In this document: one piece after another, positions 53,726 to 64,000 of the stretch
Position numbering within the stretch: position 1 is the stretch's first letter
How the letters are laid out: each line of letters starts with the position of its first letter
Source: Eledone cirrhosa
Taxonomy: Eukaryota
Length of the DNA stretch: 64,000 bases
Direction of reading: 5' to 3'
Assembly (NCBI GenBank): GCA_964016885.1
Contig: OZ024745.1
Coordinates: forward strand, 110,236,001-110,300,000
Made by a program: the position numbers and the translations under genes
The notes under the pieces: model-generated
What the model saw: the letters and a program-made list of their open reading frames with translations, nothing else
Told to the model about the DNA's origin: nothing
Databases searched by the model: none

Positions 53726-56218
53726 TTCCAGTCATTTAAATTTTGGCTTATCTTGCATAATTAGCTATATTAATATGAATAGATAAAAAATAATAAATAA
53801 ATAAAACTACCATATACTATATTAATGTGAAACTCTTTTCCCCTGTATGAATGAATTACCATGAAAGAACAGTTTAGGAAAATAGTCACTTTTTAAATTC
53901 ATTCCCCATCTTATTAAAACTTTAAAGACCTACATTGAAAAATATAGAATATACAGTAGTTATAGAGCAGTAACTATCTAATATAGATGGAAATAGGAAG
54001 TTGTCAAGACTACTTTAACATCCCTCAGTAGTTACAATTGACTTTTAAAATTGATACTATTTTTTTTCTTTGTCATATTTCAGTATGGTAAAGCAAAGAT
54101 AGTAAAATTAAAGTAAATGTGTTCAACGTTTTATATATTTTATGCTTTGTTGTCACTATTTTCTCATCTTCATTTCCTTTGTTTTATCCCTTAATCCACA
54201 AAAATATATATAAGCCAGCTTCTGTCTATCTAATTTAAAGAATTGTTAATCTATTTCAAGCCCAGAGGCTCACCAAGCCAGAGCATATAGCAGTTTCCTT
54301 GACATTAAGTGACTGAGAGTACGACACCAGTCCATTGCAGAGTTAAACCTCAACTGCTGTTGGTATTAAATATGCTTCTGCTAACTGTACTGGAGCAATG
54401 TGATATGAAGTGTCTTGCTCAAAAGCACATCACATTGCCTACTCAAGGAATCAAACATATGACCACATGATCCTGAACTGAACACTCTAACCATTAGGCT
54501 GTGTGCCCTTACATCAACCTGGTTGCTGAGTGCAAATTAGATGCCATGCCCAAAGAAACAATGTGATGTCTCCAACTCTAAAATCTTGGAGAGAATATAT
54601 TCAGCAATATCATGTCTTACAAGACATGAACAGAGTAAAATTATACCTACAAACTGCAAAGCTGAGATTGAATTCCTTACTTTCTTTGCTTGAAATAAAG
54701 TACTTAACTGATACTACTCTGCAGGCATTTCAACATTTGATTGAAAGTTCTTAGAAATATCTGTAATTCAAGAAGTATTAAAAACCAAATTACAAATTTC
54801 TTATTTTCATTGACTCCAATAACAGTATAAACATTAATTATTTATGAGAATTATCTTGGATCTTATGGTTGTATGCCAAGATATATTGTCTACAATAATA
54901 GTCATTCCAAGAAAAGACAACTACCATGATAGATAACTTTTACAGCCAGCTTTAAAAGCCTTAACTGGCTAACATTCAGACTCTCTGGTTGACTGTGACG
55001 GTATATTTTAGTACCAATAACTGTTAATAGAGCTAAGTTATTGTTGCTACCTGCACCTGTTTTGCAGCTCTAGTTCTCTTTTATTGGTGCTTTATTGATT
55101 TTAGTTCCCTTGATTTGTGTTTCAATTCTTATTTAATCATTGAATCAATAAGTGACAGAAACATTTCAGAGCACAACATGTTTTAAACTAAGACAAGGAG
55201 AGTTCTGTTGCTGCTGCGACTTGTTTATTAGCTGTCGTTTTGAAGAGAACTCATAGGTCATATATTTACAACCAGTCTTCTCAATAATCAAATTACTCTC
55301 CTGTAAGATATTAGAACTACATCTGCTAAAAAATTTTGTTCATTGTTATTGGATCTTTTAATTAAATAGAAAAACACTAACAAACTAAAAGACAACAAAA
55401 CTGGTGTTCATTTCTTTAAGAAAGAATAAACATACCATTTCTGAAATTCTGCTTCCTCCCATTTGTATTCTAATGGTGACATTTGAAAATAGTTTGATTC
55501 AATCTTTTATTATATAGTTGTGTATAAATAAAGACATTTCTTTAACTTTTACTCAGTCTCAGACATTATATCTTTTTGGGCATCTTGTTGTCCTTTATTG
55601 CTTAAAAGAAAAAAAAAACTAATAAAGAAAAGAAAAACTAACAAAACAAAACTGAATAAACAGCTCAAATTTTGTTTTGTTTTTGTTAGTTTTTTGTTCC
55701 TTTTTTGCTACAACTTAACTTTTACAAATTCACACATGTAGTAAAATAGATGTGAATTCATCTAGACTATTTTAAAACTTATTATTACAAGTGACCTTTT
55801 TGATACCAAACCTGCTCTTATGATACTACACTGCTTATTTCAAAGTGTTTATATCTGACTAAACACCTTCCATCATAATTTTATGTAAAAACCAAAGCTG
55901 TGTCCTTAAAAATATGATATCAAAAGGGGTAAGTGGTATCATGTGTAGACCACAGGCTTCCAACCAGCAGTTCTTTGACTTTTGAGGGTTCATGAAGTTT
56001 GAAATGGGGTTTCAAAAACCAACTTTAAAATTTCAAGTACTTTGTGAAAGACACAATATGCACTATTTGGTATCCATTCTTCTCAAAGTATAAATATTTC
56101 TATGTATTGGTTATTATAATATTTAGTTGAATACATGTTTAAAATAATACTCACACAAAATAGAAAAGAATGCCTCAAAAAGTTACTTCCAGGCCATACA
56201 AGCTGGGAAAAGTAAACA

Positions 56219-56456
56219 TTAACCCTTTAGCATTTAAACTGGCCATATCTGGCCAGAATTCACTCACTTCTTTCTGTTCAAACCGACTATAACTGGCCAC
56301 TCATACTGATGTTGAGGTATTATTCTCAAAATTCTCAAAATAAATAATATCAAAATCTCATAGATTCAACATTATGTGAAATATTATGTGAGGTAAAGCA
56401 TTTACCACGAAAATACAATAGTATATATAGAGTAATGTAAATGCTAAAGGGTTAAA
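56219..56456. mobile_element. piggyBac-like MITE with perfect TIRs
   Basis: TTAA-CCCTTTAGCATTTA ... TAAATGCTAAAGGG-TTAA. Confidence 0.9.
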
Positions 56457-56680
56457 ATCAATGATGATGATGATAAAAATAGAACTGACTGAAATAGGTT
56501 TTGTGTTTGTGAGTGTTCATTCAAAACGAATATGCAACACACACATACACACACTTATCATAATTGGTATCAATTGATAAGCTAGAGTTGATATAAGATT
56601 ATAACATAACACTGTGTCAAAAATTCATCAAATCAAATTCTAATCTCAGCACTGAAATCAAAATCTAAGCCTAATATAAT

Positions 56681-57031
56681 GGAGGCACATGGCTTAGTGG
56701 TTAGAGCATTGGCCTTGCAATCGAAAGGTTGTGAGTTCAATCCTCAGACTGGGTGATGTGTTGTTTCCTTGAGCAAGACACTTTATTTCACATTGCTCCA
56801 GTTTACTCAGCTGTAGAAATGAGATGATAGGGACTGGGGTCCCTATCATTCCACTGCAAAGTGGTCGTGGAGGTGCCACGGCAAAAAAGCACCCAACACT
56901 CACTGTAAATGAGGTTGGTGTTAGGAAGGGCATCCAGCTGTAGAAATCAAGCCAGAATCAGTTCCCATCCCACCCTTGCAAGCAGGGAAAAGCGGACGTT
57001 AAATGATGATGATGATGATGATGATGATGAT
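56681..57031 (+). mobile_element. Full-length family B SINE
   Basis: tRNA-like head, CORE-like block, tail CACCCTTGCAAGCAGGGAAAAGCGGACGTTAAA(TGA)n. Confidence 0.9.
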
Positions 57032-57067
57032 AATACTCTACATTATTAATTTTAAAACCTTCTAGTA

Positions 57068-57436
57068 CAGAGGTCGCCAACCTTTCGGACCTCATGGACC
57101 ACACAATTCATAATTTTAAATCCCACGGACCACTAATATAAATTTTTATAAAAAGATAAATACATTTGTAAAATAATGGTCAGAGAACTTCCATTTTATT
57201 AAACAATACTGAAGCATACATATGTCATATTGTCGACAGATGATACATATGTGTAAAATTCTTCCAGGAGAAACATTTTTTAGGGGTGTTATAAAATATA
57301 TTTTAACTGAATATTATTTTTGTTTTATTATTAATAAAACATAAAAATTGCAAATAATGTCAAAATTTTTCTGTAGACCACCAAAATTTTCTCTCAGACC
57401 ACCAGTGGTCCATGGACCACCAATTGGTGACTGCTG
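57068..57436. mobile_element. hAT-type MITE with perfect 8-bp TSD
   Basis: TTCTAGTA on both sides (57060-57067, 57437-57444); imperfect TIRs CAGAGGTCGCCAA / TTGGTGACTGCTG. Confidence 0.85.
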
Positions 57437-57846
57437 TTCTAGTATGTAATCGTATATTTAAAAAAATAAAGATAATTTACTGAAAAATAGCATTAACTTG
57501 TTACAATATAGAAGAGCTTCTAAGAAAATTAATTATTTTGATTACAAATAAATGCAAATATTTAATTAATAATAAAAATGCAAATGAAAAAAAAAATTAA
57601 GTGAATTTAATCCATAAGGAATCTATTACTCTAATGAGACAAATTCTGAAACATCATATCTCACTTGAGTAATCCTCTCAAGGAGATTAACAACAATTTA
57701 TTTAGTATCTTTCATATAGGTTGATTACCCTATTGGCAGTAGCGTCCATTAATCTTTTACTTAATATTCAGTGATTATGTCCTCAATGTGGACATTATAT
57801 TATTTGTAAGATGTGACCTATACAAACAATCTCACTCAACATATAT

Positions 57847-57907
<61 letters not shown>

Positions 57908-58264
57908 GTGTGTGTGTATGTGCAAAACATAAACAGAAATAACGAAATAGATAGATGGATAGATTGATGGATAAAGATGTATAGATGTAGATATTGATAT
58001 GTGCTAATGGATGCAGGGAAATTTACGTCAATGTTTAAAACTACAGGTTTCTAATTAACTTAAGGATTATTCCTGCAAAAGTCATGAGCTTGTGGCTGCT
58101 GACAGTTTTAAGTTTTCTTTGTGATATAATACTACTATGTACAATAAGTAAGCTACTATGTGGACGTTAAGCCAGCTTATTAAAACAATGATTATTCTGA
58201 TTAAGTGCATTCCCTACATATGGCTCCTCAATTATAATACCCACCACTGGACAAGTGTCATCAC

Positions 58265-58644
58265 TTGGCAGTATTGGTAGAGGGTCGAACGCCATGCTTT
58301 GACGCATAGAGTTACGGCCCTTGCCATTCTGAGTTCAAATCCCGCCGAGGTTAACTTTGCCTTTCATCCTTACGGGGTCGATAAAATAAAGTACCAGTAA
58401 TACACTGAGGTAATTGCTGGCCTTGTGCCTAACATAGAAACAATTATTTACATACATATAAAAAACCTCCCAGCCCCACACTGTAAATGTGGTTGGTGTA
58501 AGGAAGGGCATCCAGCTGTAGAAAACCCGCCAGACAGTCCTATGCGAGCAATGACAACCACTCTTGCCTCAAGTGGGAAAACTCCCGTCCAAACCCATGC
58601 AAGCGTGGAACATGGACGTTAAACGATGATGATGATGATGATGA
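58265..58644 (+). mobile_element. SINE family C (58265-58450) followed by family A 3' part (58466-58644)
   Basis: Matches other copies in the window. Confidence 0.85.
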
Positions 58645-59054
58645 TATAAAAAGGAGAAAACTCATCCACAGAACAGCTGTAAAAACAGCCAAACACTGTC
58701 AAAGACAGTGTTTGGCAAATATGCCTCAGAGGACAGAGACCAGTGGCCAGTGGTTAACACAGAGAGAGACAATCCACAAGGTGGGTGACAAGCAGATGAA
58801 ATATAGAAATAACTGAATGAGGAAGACAAGGAGAAGTGAGTTGGTCCATAGAAGTGACTGAAAAAAGGAAATAAAGAAAGGTGATGTAATAGACAAATTT
58901 ACACACACACACATCTTCACCCTTATCAGCTCTCAAACCAGCAAAATGGTTTCATGTGAGCTGTACTGTTAGCTGTAGAAGCTCCACATAGACTTTCAGT
59001 ACATGATGACTGAAACTACAGCTCAGGTGACCATGTCAGCAACAAACTTTTTCA

Positions 59055-59535
59055 TTTTTTTATACCAAACCACATGAAAACACTCTTGGCTCTATGATAC
59101 AAAACTGTTTGTTTTAAAATATTTATATTTATTTAACAATTTTCTATCATAATATTATTTAAGAACCTTTGTTAAGTTACATTCCAAACTCCAACTTACT
59201 ACTGAGAAAGTTGTATTAAATCCTTTGAAATATTTGATTTCGTTGGAAATCCTAAGCAGTATCTTTCATTAGAAATATGGTATTAAAAGTGTTAGCCCTT
59301 TTAATACCAATGCACCTGAGACTGCCTTTGGTTCTAAGATATAAAACTTCATTTTAAAGTATTCATGGTTATAGTTTTATGTAAGAAACGTTGTTAAGTT
59401 ACGTTCCAAACACCCTTCTAATAATAGAAAAAGTCAGTTACTTTATTAAATTCTCCAAATTCTTGATTATCTTTAAAGTTATGTAACACATATATATAGG
59501 ATATTTCATTGAAAATATGCTGATAAAAGAATTAA
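59055..59535. mobile_element. Two tandem, older piggyBac-like MITEs (second family)
   Basis: Decayed TTAA-CCCTTTTRATACCA / TGGTATTAAAAGKG-TTAA ends and similar internal sequence; shorter relative at 55792-55932. Confidence 0.55.
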
Positions 59536-61282
59536 TGTTTTGATATTTTTCCTTTTATAGTCGCTGGGATAAAAAAAAGTATTTTAAAGGTGGTTTGTTA
59601 TTGTTGTTTGGAACAGGTCGGCTCTGATTCAGCAGAACTATAATCGAAAGATGTTCCATCCATGACCACCATGCCTGTTATTTCTTTTTTAGGTATAGTG
59701 ATTCTAGGACTAGGTTATCAAATGTGTTTTAAAGGATGGGTTGTATTATCATATTTGCATCTCATATTTACATCAGCATCTATTTTATACAAAAACATTT
59801 GAAATTTGGCTTAAGTTTATCTATGTAGTATCTACAATATCAACAGCATGGCTGAGGGAGAAACACACTTAGGGGAGTATTTTGTGCACTAAATACAGAT
59901 ATGGATGGGTCTCATGTAAGTAGTATAGTGAGCTAAAAAACATCAATTAACTGAGATTATCTCTGCAATTAAAAGACAAAAATCTTCCACTAGAGGAAGT
60001 TTAAAATCTAAGAACAATAAACAAATTTTGCTTCATTGATATTATTAGAGTTGTCTTCCTTACTTGTTTTTAGATTTGAAACACCCCTGTTAATTACAGA
60101 GTTAATCACAGCAGATCAAAGTTTATATGTACATATATTAAATATGTGCATTATCAACATTGTTTTATTTTTTAACAATAGAGTTCTTTTTTTTTCTTCT
60201 TTAATACCAAAGACCATTTTCCTGACAAAATGTCATATATTACAATATTAAGTGAATCACAAAAGATGCTCAAATTCTTTGCCAATCCACTGCCTGAGCT
60301 CTGTTAATATTATAAATAAATTAACAACCTATGGATATTTGATCCTCAGCGGCACATAGTTCCTTTGAGCAAGACACTTTATTTCACATTGTTCCAGTCC
60401 ACTTAACTGGCAAAAATGAGGTGTATCTGTAATTCGAAGGGCTGGCCTTGTCACATTCTGTGTCACACTGAATATACTTGAGAACTATTTTAAGGGCACA
60501 CATGTCGGTGGAATACTCAACCACTTGAATGTTAATTTACTGTGCAGGATGTTTTGTTGATCAAGTCAAGTGTTCTAGTTGATTTGATCAAATGATTGAG
60601 TGCCAATTTTTGCAATACAAATTCCAACCCAGAGATTAGGAGTTAACTTTACCTTTCATTTTTCATTGTTTGATAAAATAAACTATGGTTATGTGATTAG
60701 AGTGTCTCAAGACAGATTTTATGGGCAAAACCAACTGGCAGAAGACTCAGGGGTGGACGCTGAGCGAGACGTTTGGATAACATCCACGAGCTCAGCTGAT
60801 ATCGGTTGGAGATCCAGCCAGATCAATTAGAGACAGTTGCTTCTGACAGGACCCACTGGAAGGAGTGTTTGAGAACAGTGACCCCACGACCATCTGAAAA
60901 AAAGATGCTTAGGGTGTCAAGGGAAGAAGCTTCACCATTTTATTCAAATTAAATATTTTTGTAGATTTTATATACAATGGTGAAAGGGGGTCCTAGATAA
61001 TGTTTTAAGTGCTTAGGGCTAGATCTCAAAAGGTCTTAATCCAATATCTCTCCACTCCTCTAACCTATTCACAGAAAAATATATGGTATTTGCACCAATG
61101 CTAAAAAATAAATCATTGTTGAAAAGTATGTTATATCAGCAATTACCAAACTCTTTCATAAGAGAAACTATTTTATTTTTTGTCTATTCCTATCTGGGAT
61201 TATTTTTACTCAATGATGACATATTCAGAATGGCCCAATTTGTAGGATTTTACAGAAACTATTTGGCTGACTGATATATACA

Positions 61283-61313
<31 letters not shown>

Positions 61314-61314
61314 T

Positions 61315-61672
61315 ATAGAATAGAAAACGAAAAATCAGTGATGCATCTGAACTCAATTTATTGTGTGTTACAATTGTTTCACCGGCAGACAGCTTAAGAC
61401 GCGATCATTGTGTGGATCTGTCTGATTCTGGGCCCGCAGGTTCGACGGACATGTCTAATGATTTCGGAGCATATTCTCACTGAATCAGACAGATCCACAC
61501 AATGATCGCGTCTCAAGCTGTCCACCGGGGAAACAATTGTAACACACAATAAATTGAATTCAGATACTTCACAGATTTTTCGTTTTCTATTCTATCATAC
61601 TCTGCTCTGTAAGAGCATAGAGTGCTCAATCGGCATACCGCCTATGGAAGCATCTTAGCTACCATCAGACAC
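61315..61672. mobile_element. PLE-derived element: 114-bp inverted arms, decayed hammerhead and 3' tail, in microsatellite
   Basis: 61315-61428 versus 61482-61595 (about 8 mismatches); TGT-CTaATGA...CCGGG-GAAAC-AATT-GTA^-ACA at 61452-61544. Confidence 0.7.
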
Positions 61673-61833
61673 ATATATATATATATATATATATATGCAT
61701 GTATATGTATGCATGTATATATGTATATATATGTATATATGTATGTATATATATATGTATGTATGTATATGTATATATATATGTATATGTATATATATGT
61801 ATGTGTATATATATGTATGTATGTGTATATATA

Positions 61834-61876
<43 letters not shown>

Positions 61877-61883
61877 GTATATA

Positions 61884-61952
61884 TATTGGGTCGCCAAGTA
61901 TGAAATTTGTAGACATTTTTTTTCTACAAATTTCATACTTGACGACCCACTA
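61884..61952. mobile_element. Minimal mariner-like MITE made almost entirely of TIRs
   Basis: TGGGTCGCCAAGTATGAAATTTGTAGA / TCTACAAATTTCATACTTGACGACCCA around a short T-rich loop, flanked by TA. Confidence 0.65.
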
Positions 61953-61954
61953 TA

Positions 61955-62360
61955 TATATAAACATTTGCTGAAGAAGTAAATCCTGTTCTGTCGTGAAAA
62001 ACCATTATATTGCAGACTCCTGCAATCGGAATTTGTCGATCTTGGATTTGCAGAAACTTAGCGCTGATGTTGGGTGTTGTATGTGATGTATATTGTGTGA
62101 TATACGATGTAAGTTATATATTTTGCACTCAGCCTCACCGCTATGTCCGGGTCAGTATAAAATCTTTTCCTGGGTCCTGTATTTTCGTTGCTCTAGTGAT
62201 GCGGCTGGACTGCCGACCGCTATATCTGATTTGCTAAGCTGTCTGAACGTAATGTTATTACTCTGGGGTCTTTCCTCATCTGAGTGCTCAAGCTACAGAC
62301 CGATTATGCATTCGTTAGCTTGGCCGTGTTCTAAAGCTTCGTCAATGCTGTACTAAAATT

Positions 62361-62362
<2 letters not shown>
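61955..62362 (+). mobile_element. Probable PLE 3' end with hammerhead-like core and TACTC..GAGTGCT tail
   Basis: CTGAAGA-A-GTAAATCC...GGATTTGC-A-GAAAC; stem III and cleavage site unclear; flanked by (TA)n. Confidence 0.5.
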
Positions 62363-62406
<44 letters not shown>

Positions 62407-62594
62407 TTGCACACACATATATACATATATTTATATATATATTAAAGAGAGAAGAAAGGGAGTAAGATTTATATCTAATTGTCAGTCACTCAATTCTAAT
62501 GAAGTCAGCAGCTTAGTCCTATAAAGACAGGGTAGAGACAGAAAGGTGTATAGATGGGGTGAGTAACATAAAACAAACGAAAATATTACGGTAG

Positions 62595-62965
62595 GAGAGA
62601 GAGGGGGGGCGGGGGTAGATGGGGAGAGAGGGAGGAGACGGGGAGAGAGACGAGAGTAGAGAGTGAGGGCGGGACGGAAAAGGGTAGCGATGAAGAAGGG
62701 ACGGAACGGGGAGGGAGAGAAGGGAGAGAGAGAGAGAGGAGGGAGAGAGAGAAGGGAGAGAGAGAGAGAGGAGGGAGAGAGAGAAGGGAGAGAGAGAGAG
62801 AGGAGGGAGAGAGAGCAGGGAGAGAGGAGGAGAAAGAGAGAGCAGGAGAAAGAGAGAGGGAGAGAGCAGGAGAAAGAGAGAGGGAGAGAGTAGGAGAAAG
62901 AGAGAGAGAAGGGAGAGAGAGAGAGAGAGGGAGAGTGCAGGAGAAAGAGAGAGGGAGAGAGAAGG
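62595..62965. repeat. Polypurine (GA-rich) tract
   Basis: Several hundred bp of almost only G and A on the plus strand. Confidence 0.95.
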
Positions 62966-63356
62966 GTTAGGGGGTGTTGGAAGCTGGGTGTTAAACGTCT
63001 TCTGAAGCATCAGAGCGGATGTCGTTGTTTTGTTTTTCTGGGCGACTTCTCCCTATATTCAGCGTTGAACTTTCGCTCCTGCCATTCAACATGGCATGTA
63101 AACAATCATCTTCAAAAAGGAAGTGCGACTCACAGAAGTCATTTTTCTTTCTTTTCTTACTTCACTTTTTTTGTTGGTTTGTTAATCCTTTTTTGTTGAT
63201 TCTTTTCGTTTTCGTTTTTTTTATTTATATTTTTTTTAAAACTTATTTCACGGAAGAAAAAAAAAAAGTTGCTTTACATATATACAGACACACGTATATA
63301 TTAACATACATGGATACGTATGTGTATGTATATATATATATATATATATGGATACG

Positions 63357-63393
<37 letters not shown>

Positions 63394-63398
63394 ATACG

Positions 63399-63457
<59 letters not shown>

Positions 63458-63554
63458 ATACGTATGTGTATATATATATATATATATATGGATACGTATG
63501 TATATATATATATATATATGGATACGTATGTGTGTATATATATATATGGATACG

Positions 63555-63606
<52 letters not shown>

Positions 63607-63636
63607 TTGCAACAACACAGCACGCCATTTTTCATT

Positions 63637-63670
<34 letters not shown>

Positions 63671-64000
63671 TGTGCGTGTGTGTGAGGATAATGCAATGTA
63701 TAATATATATATGTATGTATATATACATATATATATACACACACACATATATATACACAGACACACTCATATATATATATACATTATATACATATATGTA
63801 TGTATGTATGTATGTGTGTGTGTTGTGCACGTGTTATGCTTCCTCTATTTCTCATTCTCACTTCCATTTCTATCATCACCGCCATCACAATCACTTTCTA
63901 ACCCCCCACCCACCCTCCCCCTCCTCAACCTTCTACCCTGTCTCTCGTAGTGGTACGTGTCCCACTGTCTTTCTCACTTCACCCCGCCATATATAACACA

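Noticed and set aside
53515-53739. Pro/His-rich ORF
   Set aside because: It is a (CAC)n repeat with no splice or domain support
62519-63010. Leu/Ser-rich and Glu/Arg-rich ORFs
   Set aside because: They are translations of the GA/CT low-complexity tract

Overview
AT-rich, repeat-dominated eukaryotic DNA. The repeat landscape (long (TA)n/(CA)n tracts, tRNA-derived SINEs with (TGA)n tails, RTE LINE remnants) resembles a coleoid cephalopod such as Octopus; this is an inference. No intact host protein-coding gene can be supported, and almost all long ORFs are microsatellite translations. Supported content: several RTE-clade LINE fragments, three SINE families, a mariner remnant, piggyBac-, hAT-, pogo- and mariner-type MITEs, three non-autonomous Helitrons, minisatellites and an 89-bp tandem array. 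The main result is a set of Penelope-like (PLE) retroelement pieces embedded in (TA)n tracts. One is a 5'-truncated copy with an open GIY-YIG endonuclease ORF and a downstream type I hammerhead ribozyme. Several others are short non-coding elements with inverted arms, hammerhead cores and a shared 3' TACTC-Nn-GAGTGCT stem-loop. All folds and alignments were done by eye.
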